Source of the DNA: a virus | Lineage: Duplodnaviria > Heunggongvirae > Uroviricota > Caudoviricetes > Demerecviridae | DNA length: 64,000 nt | Virus record (IMG/VR): IMGVR_UViG_2974607751_000001 | Location: 35,533 to 99,532 of that record | Strand: one strand, 5' to 3' | Part shown: positions 37,044 to 44,576 of the stretch, one piece after another | How the letters are laid out: every line of letters starts with the position of its first letter | Position numbering within the stretch: position 1 is the first letter of the stretch | Made by a program: the position numbers and the translations under genes | Notes under the pieces: generated by a model | What the model saw: the letters and a program-made list of their open reading frames with translations, nothing else | Database searches by the model: none | Told to the model about the DNA's origin: nothing

Positions 37044-37051
37044 AATTTCAC

Positions 37052-37080
37052 TTGCTTAATGCCGAAATTTTCTGTATAAT
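37052..37080 (+). promoter_or_regulatory. PN25-type early promoter driving tRNA genes
   Basis: TTGCTTaatgccgaaattttctgTATAAT is followed directly by two tRNAs. Confidence 0.55.
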
Positions 37081-37094
37081 ATATTCATAAATTT

Positions 37095-37188
37095 GGAAGA
37101 TTAACCCTAAAGGTAAGGGAGCTGTTTGCTAAACAGCCAGTAGCTGTGGAGACACGGTGTGCCAGTTCGAGTCTGGCATCTTCCTCCA
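37095..37188 (+). tRNA. tRNA-Ser (GCT), type II
   Basis: Acceptor ggaagat/atcttcc. Anticodon loop tgctaaa. Long variable arm. CCA is encoded. Confidence 0.6.
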
Positions 37189-37193
37189 AATTT

Positions 37194-37271
37194 GGTTCTC
37201 AAGCTCATTTGGTATGAGCCGTCGCCTCATAAGCGAAAGGTAGGTAGGTTCGAATCCTCCGGGAGCCACCA
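37194..37271 (+). tRNA. tRNA with CAT anticodon (Met/fMet/Ile2), copy 1
   Basis: Acceptor ggttctc/gggagcc with G-U pairs. Anticodon loop ctcataa. Confidence 0.5.
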
Positions 37272-37288
37272 ATTAACTAGGAGACTAT

Positions 37289-37477
37289 ATGTCTAAGTTT
37301 CGAGAGCTTAAACAAGAACTAGAAGAACTCGCCTGCCCTCATTGTTTTGGAAGAGGCGAGAAAGATGATGCAGAACCTGGAGATATATTTTGTAGAACAT
37401 GGACTTGTCCAGTCTGCGAGGGTACTGGGATTAATCCTCTTTATACTGTTTCTCTTTTTGTAGGAGTTGCTAAGTAA
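37289..37477 (+). CDS. DnaJ-CR-like zinc-finger mini-protein (paralog of 34600)
   Basis: The motif is CPHCFGRG...CPVCEGTG. Confidence 0.45.
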   Translation: MSKFRELKQELEELACPHCFGRGEKDDAEPGDIFCRTWTCPVCEGTGINPLYTVSLFVGVAK

Positions 37478-37809
37478 TGGATATCTATACTACTCCAGCA
37501 GTAAACCTGATTGGCTCTTGCCTTGTGCATTTCCGCTTCTTCCAGACGGATGATAGCAAAGAGGAAGTTACACATCCTCTGATGGATTTTCAGATCGAGG
37601 ACTTCTTCCGTGAAGTTCGTAATATTTCTGAAAACTTCTACTACGGTATGGATAAGGAAGATTTCGACATTGAATTTCCTACAATCTCTCGTTATTTCCT
37701 AGAGCAGTCTGATGCTCGGTTTGAGAAGATTGAACATATGGAAGTAGTTTGGGCAATTCAGTTTGAAATTACTGGTTTTGCTCGATACATTCAAGGCTAC
37801 GAACTCTAA
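37477..37809 (+). CDS. hypothetical protein
   Basis: Translationally coupled to the upstream ORF (ATG overlaps its stop). Confidence 0.45.
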   Translation: MDIYTTPAVNLIGSCLVHFRFFQTDDSKEEVTHPLMDFQIEDFFREVRNISENFYYGMDKEDFDIEFPTISRYFLEQSDARFEKIEHMEVVWAIQFEITGFARYIQGYEL

Positions 37810-37818
37810 AGATTACAT

Positions 37819-37895
37819 GGGGGTGTAATCGAATTGGCATAGGTACTGGACTTAAAATTCAGGTTTTGTGGGTTCGAGTCCCACCACCCCTACCA
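37819..37895 (+). tRNA. tRNA with TAA anticodon (Leu) on a type-I scaffold
   Basis: Acceptor gggggtg/cacccct. Anticodon stem ctgga/ttcag with loop cttaaaa. Short 5-nt variable region. CCA is encoded. Confidence 0.45.
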
Positions 37896-38046
37896 AATTA
37901 AGGAAATAAAATGAAAGCTATTAAGAAAGCACTACGTAAATTTATGTACTGTCGTTTTCATAGCATCAAGGCTTCAACTAATGGTACGACTTACGATCGC
38001 TATGATCCTAAGTTTGGCTTACATTCTAAACAACTGGAGAAAACAA

Positions 38047-38253
38047 ATGGCTAATCCTGAAATTACGGCACAACGCTTTATGCTGAAAGGAATTATTGCT
38101 GAAGCAGGCATGACAGAAGAAGTTGCAGATTTTCAAAAGCAATTCCTCAATATTCTCACTCAAGCCAAAGAGCTAGGAGAGAAAGAACATGGCGCGGCTA
38201 TTATGGCAATCACGTTGGTTGGGCTTGATCTGGCTGAAGAATCCGGAGTTTAA
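38047..38253 (+). CDS. hypothetical small protein
   Basis: The RBS is ggagaaaacaaATG. A 45-aa ORF at 37911..38048 lies upstream. Confidence 0.4.
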   Translation: MANPEITAQRFMLKGIIAEAGMTEEVADFQKQFLNILTQAKELGEKEHGAAIMAITLVGLDLAEESGV

Positions 38254-38343
38254 CTCCCCCAAGCAGAAATTTTAAAAATGTACTTGCTTTTTACTTAAGA
38301 TTTCTGCTATAATAGTTATATAAATTGATGAAGGAGTTAACGA

Positions 38344-38619
38344 ATGTCAAAACGTGTTACTGCAACTGGTGTTGAAAGTGCTGTTTGTAAATCCTGGGGT
38401 GGCTGGGAAGGTGAGATTGAATGGCTTTATTTCTACGATGTAGAACTTCTGCCGGAAATCAAAGCTAAATGTGTGGAAGCTGGTATGGCCCCTGATGCAA
38501 AGGCTGATATCGAAATCACCATGACTAAGCTAGAAGGTCGTGTAATTACGCTCAATGATGATTATGAAGAAGTGTTCGAGCTTCCATTCAAACTGAGTGT
38601 CACTCCTAGCTTCGAGTAA
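38344..38619 (+). CDS. hypothetical protein
   Basis: A promoter TTGCTT-18-TATAAT lies at about 38284-38313. Confidence 0.45.
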   Translation: MSKRVTATGVESAVCKSWGGWEGEIEWLYFYDVELLPEIKAKCVEAGMAPDAKADIEITMTKLEGRVITLNDDYEEVFELPFKLSVTPSFE

Positions 38620-38809
38620 CTGATATAGCACTGAGCAAGTTCTTTAAAATTTGACTTGCTCAGTCCTTCAAAACTTGATATAATAGTTATCTAATTTGGA
38701 AAACATATCTGAATGAGAAGTAACTAAGCGAGTTGCTTTTAGGGGTAAAGTCAGGAAATCCTGAAATATTCCACCTTGGGTTTAACCGACTTACTTTTCA
38801 TTCAAATAT

Positions 38810-38900
38810 GTTGGATTAGTATCGTAGAGGTAGCGAAGCAGACTGTAAATCTGCCGACTCGGAAGGGTCTCGGGTGGTTCGACTCCATCATCCAACACCA
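38810..38900 (+). tRNA. tRNA-Tyr (GTA), type II
   Basis: Acceptor gttggat/atccaac. Loop ctgtaaa. Long variable arm. Confidence 0.65.
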
Positions 38901-38907
38901 AATTTAA

Positions 38908-38984
38908 GTCCTGTTAGACAAACTGGTAAAGTCACTACCCTTTCAAGGTAGGATTTGCGGGTTCGATCCCCGCACAGGACGCCA
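38908..38984 (+). tRNA. tRNA-Glu (TTC)
   Basis: Acceptor gtcctgt/acaggac. Anticodon arm ctacc-ctttcaa-ggtag. Confidence 0.65.
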
Positions 38985-38992
38985 ATTTCTGC

Positions 38993-39069
38993 ATTCCTAG
39001 AGTGTTACTGGACAGCATGTCGGTCTCCAAAACCGTACGGTCTAGGTTCGAGTCCTAGTAGGTTTGCCA
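38993..39069 (+). tRNA. degenerate tRNA-Trp-like (CCA anticodon), acceptor stem with U-U mismatches
   Basis: T-arm ctagg-ttcgagt-cctag. Loop ctccaaa. The acceptor pairs poorly. Confidence 0.35.
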
Positions 39070-39075
39070 ATATTT

Positions 39076-39150
39076 GCACCTTTAGCTGAGATGGATTAGC
39101 GCTTGCCTGAAGAGCTTGAGAGGTTCGTTCGATACGAACAGGGTGCACCA
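39076..39150 (+). tRNA. tRNA-Phe-like (GAA), anticodon stem with two U-U mismatches
   Basis: Acceptor gcacctt/agggtgc. T-arm gttcg-ttcgata-cgaac. Loop ctgaaga. Confidence 0.4.
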
Positions 39151-39167
39151 ATTTGGAGGAGATGCTG

Positions 39168-39440
39168 ATGCATCCTAAAAACTTCTTTATTTACTGTGCG
39201 GATAAGTCACTGAAACGCAGAATTAACAAAGTCTATCATTATCGTGCTAGTCAACAGCCTTATGTTTATGCTTTTGACGGAGATTACATTCCACTAGATC
39301 AGTTGGCCTGTGATTACATGGTATTGAAGAACTTTGACGAGACAAAGATCTCAAGCGTTCATAATCTACAGAACCCGTTAACGTGGAAGTATAAGAAGAA
39401 AAAGAAAGGCATCACATTTCTGAAAAATGTAGTTGCTTAA
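39168..39440 (+). CDS. hypothetical protein
   Basis: The RBS is ggaggagatgctgATG. Confidence 0.4.
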   Translation: MHPKNFFIYCADKSLKRRINKVYHYRASQQPYVYAFDGDYIPLDQLACDYMVLKNFDETKISSVHNLQNPLTWKYKKKKKGITFLKNVVA

Positions 39441-39490
39441 CCGCTTAAAGTTCTGTATAATTATTACATAAATTGAACTGGAGAAGCAAC

Positions 39491-39715
39491 ATGACTGAAC
39501 AAGAATTGAAAGAACGTAAGCTGGTAATGCTTCGTTTACTAAACATTTTCTCTGGTATGGATGGTGGTATTGACTTCATGCAACTACGTTGCTTTGTAGA
39601 AGAAGCAGAAGGCGAGGCTATCACTAGAATTCTTAAACATATGGGTTTGTTACTAGATGCTGCTAATGTGGCTACTCAATATAAACTCGAAGATTTACCG
39701 GAGCGTGTTGGATGA
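39491..39715 (+). CDS. hypothetical small protein
   Basis: A promoter lies at about 39428-39460. The RBS is ctggagaagcaacATG. Confidence 0.4.
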   Translation: MTEQELKERKLVMLRLLNIFSGMDGGIDFMQLRCFVEEAEGEAITRILKHMGLLLDAANVATQYKLEDLPERVG

Positions 39716-39903
39716 AAAAGTTAGTTAAATTTAAGTGTTGTGGCTCTGAACATATCTTTACACGTCTACGTGAGTTTAAGATGTGTAAGTGTGGTAAATC
39801 AGGCTATGATGCTGGAGACGGTTATTACTCCCGTACTCTAGGAGACTTCAACGATTTAGAGTTCGTTGATCTCGAAAAACAAGATAAATCGACCGTTGGC
39901 TGA
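39712..39903 (+). CDS. small zinc-ribbon protein
   Basis: The motif is CCGSEH...CKCGKSG. Its 3' end overlaps the next tRNA by about 14 nt. Confidence 0.4.
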   Translation: MKKLVKFKCCGSEHIFTRLREFKMCKCGKSGYDAGDGYYSRTLGDFNDLEFVDLEKQDKSTVG

Positions 39904-39965
39904 ATGGCTTAGGCGGAGGCCTGCAAAACCTCTTTATGTGAGTTCGAATCTCATGCGGTCGTCCA
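39890..39965 (+). tRNA. tRNA-Cys (GCA)
   Basis: Acceptor cgaccgt/gcggtcg. Loop ctgcaaa. T-arm gtgag-ttcgaat-ctcat. Confidence 0.55.
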
Positions 39966-39972
39966 AATTTTA

Positions 39973-40055
39973 GGGTCGTTAGCCAAGCGGTTTGGCGGTG
40001 GACTGTTAATCCATGTCGAAAGACAACGTAGGTTCGAATCCTACACGGCCCGCCA
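39973..40055 (+). tRNA. Type-II-architecture tRNA carrying an Asn anticodon (GTT), discriminator G73
   Basis: Acceptor gggtcgt/acggccc. 3-bp D-stem gcc/ggc. Anticodon arm gtgga-ctgttaa-tccat. 13-nt variable arm gtc-GAAA-gac. Confidence 0.5.
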
Positions 40056-40082
40056 ATTTCATTAACAACTGAGGAAATAGAT

Positions 40083-40268
40083 ATGACAACTCGTGCAATT
40101 GCTCGACTAGAAGCTGACCGTGATAATCTAATTAATAATATTAAGGTCTGGGATCAAGAAATTGAAAACCAAAAACTGACGTTAATACAAGATATGCAGC
40201 AACAGAATGCACGTCGTGAAGCTCTAAAAGAGGTTGAGGAAGCTATCGAAAAACTCAAAGCTGAGTAA
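40083..40268 (+). CDS. hypothetical small coiled-coil protein
   Basis: Short ORF between tRNA blocks. Confidence 0.4.
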   Translation: MTTRAIARLEADRDNLINNIKVWDQEIENQKLTLIQDMQQQNARREALKEVEEAIEKLKAE

Positions 40269-40277
40269 ACAAATTAT

Positions 40278-40354
40278 GCGATCGGGGCTGGCTTGGTAAT
40301 GGTACTCCCCTGTCACGGGAGAGAATGTGGGTTCGAATCCCATCGGTCGCGCCA
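40278..40354 (+). tRNA. tRNA-Asp (GTC)
   Basis: Acceptor gcgatcg/cggtcgc. Loop ctgtcac. Confidence 0.65.
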
Positions 40355-40360
40355 AATAAT

Positions 40361-40436
40361 ACATCCATAGCTCAATGGTTAGAGCTACCGCCTCTTAAGC
40401 GGAGGGTTCTAGGTTCAAGTCCTAGTGGGTGTACCA
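40361..40436 (+). tRNA. tRNA-Lys (CTT)
   Basis: Acceptor acatcca/tgggtgt. D-arm gctcaatggttagagc. Loop ctcttaa. Confidence 0.55.
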
Positions 40437-40442
40437 AATAAA

Positions 40443-40566
40443 CATTCTAGCGTGGTGGAGAGGGGACACCAGCTTGCCGAGGGTAGAAGCTCGTTCGATT
40501 CGAGTGAAAGAATGGTTCTCGTAAATCCGCACAAGTGATAGCAGGTTCAAGTCCTGCCTAGATTGA
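40443..40566 (+). ncRNA. ~120-nt tRNA-like element (acceptor-like ends and T-arm gcagg-ttcaagt-cctgc, but oversize core, no CCA)
   Basis: Ends cattcta/tagattg pair. There is an internal second T-loop-like gctcg-ttcgatt-cgagt. The size fits no standard tRNA class. Confidence 0.3.
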
Positions 40567-40574
40567 CTTATTAT

Positions 40575-40648
40575 GCGTTCGTAGTTAAAAGGTATAATTT
40601 TTGGTTGCCAACCAGAAGTTGAGGGTTCGATTCCCTCCGACCGCACCA
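40575..40648 (+). tRNA. tRNA-Gly (GCC)
   Basis: Acceptor gcgttcg/cgaccgc with one mismatch. Anticodon arm tttgg-ttgccaa-ccaga. Confidence 0.55.
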
Positions 40649-40960
40649 AATTTAGGTTTCTGCTTCCTAGAGAACGGACTCCTAGATAAACAAGGCGATG
40701 AGTTTCCGGCCGGTTCTAGTCGCTGAAAATCCTCCCGACCAGGTAGGTGTAAGTAAACAAAAGTTTACTTATTGAGTAGGTTCCGATAGATCGGCGGGTC
40801 TATTCTGGCATTTAAGAGAAGTCTCGCAAACTTCTTTGTCAGCAGAGCGTTTGAAGCGTGAGGTGGCCTACACAATAAGTAAATTTATTAAAAACTCATT
40901 TGCTATTTCGCTTAATTCTCTATATAATATATTTTATAGAGTGAAGAGAAGGAAAGTTAA

Positions 40961-41470
40961 ATGAAATATAATAAAGGCGAATCAAAAAGTCTATATGAAC
41001 TACTATCTACTGGTTCAGTATCGGGAGATATTACACCAGAAAATATAAGGTTCTTAGTAGAAAATATAACTAATAAAGAATCTTGTGATAAATTTAAGGT
41101 TTCTTGTTCGCCCCATAATTATGCTAGAAAAATAAGGCATTTTGAGCAGATAGTAGCAAGAGATTTATTAAAATTCTACCATAAAGAGAATAAATCGTCA
41201 GGATTAGACGCAGGGTATGTATATTTAATATCTAACCCTGCATGGGAAGAATTTAAAGTAGGGTGTGCTATTGATGTATATGATAGATTAAAATCGTATC
41301 AAACGTATAGCCCTTACAGAGATTATAGCTTAGAGTTTTATTTCTTCTCATTTCAAAGAAGAGAAGATGAATCTAAAGTGCTAGAGTTCTTTAACTCCAC
41401 AGGAGAATGGATTTCTTCCCCAAAAGAAGAAATTATTGCCTTTATGAAAACTTTAGCTAAATATAGATAA
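40961..41470 (+). CDS. T5orf172 / GIY-YIG-like domain protein (putative homing-type endonuclease) inside the tRNA cluster
   Basis: GYVYLISNPAWEEFKVGCAIDVYDRLKSYQT matches the GIY...YIG-like core of the T5orf172 family. Confidence 0.55.
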   Translation: MKYNKGESKSLYELLSTGSVSGDITPENIRFLVENITNKESCDKFKVSCSPHNYARKIRHFEQIVARDLLKFYHKENKSSGLDAGYVYLISNPAWEEFKVGCAIDVYDRLKSYQTYSPYRDYSLEFYFFSFQRREDESKVLEFFNSTGEWISSPKEEIIAFMKTLAKYR

Positions 41471-41546
41471 CAGTGCGTAGCGCAGTTGGTAGCGTGGGAG
41501 CCTTGGATGCTTCGGGTCGCAGGTTCGAGTCCTGCCGCACTGACCA
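41471..41546 (+). tRNA. tRNA-Pro (TGG)
   Basis: Acceptor cagtgcg/cgcactg. Loop cttggat. It starts 1 nt after the ORF stop codon. Confidence 0.65.
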
Positions 41547-41552
41547 AACAAT

Positions 41553-41630
41553 CGCGGGTTAGATCTCTGGTAGAGATCGCTAGTCTCATAAGCTAGAAAG
41601 AGGTAGGTTCGATTCCTGCACCCGCTTCCA
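41553..41630 (+). tRNA. tRNA with CAT anticodon, copy 2, with a 1-72 C-U mismatch (initiator-like top pair)
   Basis: Acceptor cgcgggt/acccgct. Anticodon arm ctagt-ctcataa-gctag. Confidence 0.5.
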
Positions 41631-41818
41631 ATTTAATAGAAGGATTTCGAAATGAAATTATTTCATTTAAAGGTAAGTGATTTACGTTCTAGCAAAGATC
41701 GTAAGAAGTATCCACTAGCTCACTACGGTAAAGATGAAAACGAAGTGATGGCGGAATTTGGTATTAATCATCCTTACTTGAGAGTTTATTCTATTAAAGA
41801 AGTATACATGTATTAAAT

Positions 41819-41897
41819 AGATCGCTAGCTCAATTGGTTTAGCAGCACCCGGCTTTTAACCGGAAGGTTCTGGGTTCGAGTCCCAGGCGGTCTACCA
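41819..41897 (+). tRNA. tRNA-Lys (TTT)
   Basis: Acceptor agatcgc/gcggtct. Anticodon arm ccgg-cttttaa-ccgg. Confidence 0.6.
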
Positions 41898-41914
41898 ATT
41901 TAAAGGAATTTGTT

Positions 41915-42232
41915 ATGAATATTAACAAAGTTCTAGAAACAATATCAGAAATGTCTGGCAGAGCTGGAAAACGCTTTACTGAACTGTGTATTAAAAATCA
42001 AAAAGTACCAGAACATCAGTGTCATTATTGTCGAGACTGTGAACAATACCATGAAATGTGTATGGTTGAAGATCGGGTCTGGGATCAGATAAGAAAAGAG
42101 CAGCCCAAAGATATTGTTCTATGTTTCACTTGTATGGAACGACGCTTAGGACGTAAAATTACTCTTAAAGATCTTAAACATGTTCCGTGTAATGCACCTT
42201 ACTTCATTGGCTTTAGAATGGAGAGATTTTAA
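41915..42232 (+). CDS. Cys-rich zinc-finger protein
   Basis: Motifs include CHYCRDCEQYHEMC...CFTCMERR. Confidence 0.45.
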   Translation: MNINKVLETISEMSGRAGKRFTELCIKNQKVPEHQCHYCRDCEQYHEMCMVEDRVWDQIRKEQPKDIVLCFTCMERRLGRKITLKDLKHVPCNAPYFIGFRMERF

Positions 42233-42365
42233 TGACTATCTGGTTTTATTTAATGAAGCAGAAAATAAAAGACTCCTACGTATTCTCTGCTGATTTTACA
42301 ATAGGTATGTTTATAGCAGGTTTCTGTGAATTTGTAGTTGAAGCCTACATTATAGGTAGATTACT

Positions 42366-42439
42366 GCTCGGTTAGTTTAATGGGAGAACCCCGTCTTTAC
42401 ACGGCGGTTGCGATAGTTCGATTCTATCACCGAGTACCA
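42366..42439 (+). tRNA. tRNA-Val (TAC)
   Basis: Acceptor gctcggt/accgagt. Anticodon arm ccgtc-tttacac-ggcgg. Confidence 0.6.
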
Positions 42440-42458
42440 ATTAACTCAAAATAAGGAA

Positions 42459-42818
42459 TTGCAAATGCAATTATCAAGCAAGGTTCAAGGCTATTTCGGC
42501 CATGTAACAATGGAGTTCGCTATCTCTAAAGGTTGGGACTTCGAACAAGATTTAGCTGAGTTCTACAAAGATATTGATCTGAACGTACCGTACATGGGAC
42601 TCTCTACTGGTCAGGAGATCACAGAAGGCGATGTGTTCAAGGCAAGTCAAGGTGAGGTAACACCTAGTTTTGCCAAGTTCTGGTTAGGTATCACACTGAA
42701 AGAAGATGCACCAGATAGTGGAGTACTAATGACTAGTATGCACTCTGGAAGCTCTGATTACCTTTTCGTTAGTGACGTTAAGGAAATACAAGAAATCTGC
42801 AAAAATGTACTTGCTTGA
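42459..42818 (+). CDS. hypothetical protein
   Basis: The RBS is aaggaattgcaaATG. Confidence 0.45.
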   Translation: MQMQLSSKVQGYFGHVTMEFAISKGWDFEQDLAEFYKDIDLNVPYMGLSTGQEITEGDVFKASQGEVTPSFAKFWLGITLKEDAPDSGVLMTSMHSGSSDYLFVSDVKEIQEICKNVLA

Positions 42819-43082
42819 TGCTTAATTTCTTGTTATAATATTTATATAAATTGATGAGGAGAAATCCTCATCAAAGTTCACTAAGGTATTAGCTCGACCT
42901 AGGACTGGCTGCCAAAAAGCACGATCCCTACGACTCGGGAGAAGTTCTAGATTAGTCCACTAGATTCAGCGGCAACTGAATAGTGTATCGGGTTTGTGAA
43001 GAGCGATTATCCTCTACTGGCTAATGTCTGAGGGTAAGACGCGCACCGAGCTAATAGCCTTAGTAAACTAGAAGGAATATCT

Positions 43083-43346
43083 ATGTTTGATCTGAAAGAT
43101 ATGGCTAAGAAACTAATGTCGCAACGTTATCAACAAAGAACACTCCATAAACGAGTTTCCGATATGAAGAAACGTTGCAATAATGCTAAGTATTATAATA
43201 GTCTTAATAAACTATCTGATGTAGATCTTGCTAAAACTGAAGCAATATATAATCACTTAGTAGTAGAATCTGATATAGTGGATAAAGATATTGCTAGGCT
43301 AGAAGCTCAGATTGTAGCAACTGTTCTTGATATGTATAGAGAATAA
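43083..43346 (+). CDS. hypothetical small protein
   Basis: It follows a ~230-nt structured leader. Confidence 0.4.
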   Translation: MFDLKDMAKKLMSQRYQQRTLHKRVSDMKKRCNNAKYYNSLNKLSDVDLAKTEAIYNHLVVESDIVDKDIARLEAQIVATVLDMYRE

Positions 43347-43355
43347 ATAAATTTT

Positions 43356-43434
43356 GGGGAATGGGTCTGCTTGGAGTGGACACCTCGCTTGCACCGAGGA
43401 TATCAGAAGAGTTCGAATCTCTTATTCTCCACCA
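43356..43434 (+). tRNA. tRNA-Ala (TGC), G3:U70
   Basis: Acceptor ggggaat/attctcc. Anticodon arm cctcg-cttgcac-cgagg. Confidence 0.55.
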
Positions 43435-43440
43435 AAATTC

Positions 43441-43516
43441 GGGGTCATAGGTTATTTGGTTAAACTTACTGCCTTGCAAGCAGTGGAACTCAGTTCAATT
43501 CTGAGTGACTCCACCA
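43441..43516 (+). tRNA. tRNA-Ala (TGC) second copy, G3:U70
   Basis: Acceptor ggggtca/tgactcc. Anticodon arm actgc-cttgcaa-gcagt. Confidence 0.55.
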
Positions 43517-43523
43517 AACAAAT

Positions 43524-43604
43524 GGGGATGTGGCGAAATTGGCAGACGCGCTAGATTTAGGTTCTAGTCTTCGGGTGTGGGTTCGAGTCCCTCCATCCCT
43601 ACCA
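43524..43604 (+). tRNA. tRNA-Leu (TAG)
   Basis: Acceptor ggggatg/catccct. Anticodon arm ctaga-tttaggt-tctag. Extended variable region. Confidence 0.5.
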
Positions 43605-43791
43605 TTTTAAAATAGGATTAATTAATGTTAAAGACGCCAGTAAAACATATTTGGTTAGCTAGAAATAGGGCTACTAATGAGTTTGTCTTTATAGATACAG
43701 GAATGACATATGATCAACGAATATATGATCTTCTGTATTCCGTGTCTGCCGAAGAAGTACACAAATTAATTCTAAAAGATGCAACATAATT

Positions 43792-43884
43792 GGAAGAGCA
43801 AATCGATCTGGTGACGAAAACCGCTTGGAAAGTGGCTGACTTGTGAAAGCAGGCTTGAGAGTTCGAATCTCTCTTCTTCCGCCA
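43792..43884 (+). tRNA. tRNA-Ser (GGA), type II
   Basis: Acceptor ggaagag/ttcttcc. The anticodon arm is like E. coli Ser(GGA) with loop ttggaaa. Long variable arm. Confidence 0.55.
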
Positions 43885-43891
43885 AACAACT

Positions 43892-43981
43892 GGAAGTACG
43901 GGCGTAGTGGTATGCAACTAGTCTTGAAAACTAGCCCGCTGTAGCGATATGGTGATGGTTCGACTCCATGTGCTTCCGCCA
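43892..43981 (+). tRNA. tRNA-Ser (TGA), type II
   Basis: Acceptor ggaagta/tgcttcc. Anticodon arm ctagt-cttgaaa-actag. Confidence 0.55.
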
Positions 43982-44001
43982 ATTAACTATAAGAAAACCT
44001 T

Positions 44002-44175
44002 ATGAGCAAAACAGTTACTGTAACAATGAAAGACGGTGAAAAGTTTAAAGCATGTCTTCATGAAACAGATAATGGGTGGAAGGCTTATTTGCCTCACCTA
44101 GATTCTACTGGTCATGGAATGACACAACGTGAAGCTATTGTTGATGCTTTAAATGAGGCTTCTGCTGGTTTATAA
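44002..44175 (+). CDS. HicB/UPF0150-like small protein (57 aa)
   Basis: MKDGEKFKACLHETDNGWKAYLPHLDSTGHGMTQREAIVDALNEA resembles the HicB antitoxin-like fold. It is below the track size cutoff. Confidence 0.35.
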   Translation: MSKTVTVTMKDGEKFKACLHETDNGWKAYLPHLDSTGHGMTQREAIVDALNEASAGL

Positions 44176-44493
44176 AAATTCTTGAAGTATGCCGGAATCG
44201 GTAGACGGGGCTTCCTAAAGGGCGTAAGGGGAACATCCACTCCTCATAAGATACCCGAAAACGAGGCTGAGATAAATGGTCTATCTCGTGAAGGTTCAAG
44301 TCCTTCTGCTTCTTGATACATCAATGGCTCAAAGAGTAACGGTGCACCTTTCTAGAGAATTTCCTGGGCGAGAATCCAGGTGTAATCAACTAGTTGTTAG
44401 TGTGATGAGTTTCGGAGAGCCGCCACAATTGAAGTCTTTAGAATGGGTATCGCCCTTTAGCCCCTACGAAAGGGATAACTAGAGATTTCAATT

Positions 44494-44570
44494 GTGGCTA
44501 TATCATAATTGGTTAATGATCCTGATTGTGAATCAGGCCTATGTGGATTCGAATTCCACTAGCCACCCCA
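44494..44570 (+). tRNA. tRNA-His (GTG)
   Basis: Acceptor gtggcta/tagccac. Anticodon arm cctga-ttgtgaa-tcagg. Confidence 0.65.
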
Positions 44571-44576
44571 AATATT

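Noticed and set aside
38700-38810. Long-range inverted repeat aacatatctgaatgagaagta / tacttttcattcaaatatgtt at the start of the tRNA-Tyr transcript, considered as a disrupted tRNA
   Set aside because: It has no T-loop or anticodon features. It is more likely a 5' leader or processing hairpin of the tRNA operon transcribed from the extended -10 promoter at about 38689.
40422-40649. 75-aa ORF on the minus strand (MVRSEGIEPSTSGWQPK...)
   Set aside because: It lies exactly antisense to tRNA-Gly and the tRNA-like element. This is the typical spurious ORF produced by tRNA sequence. The same holds for 41353..41589, 43689..43982, 43714..43917 and 44819..45124.
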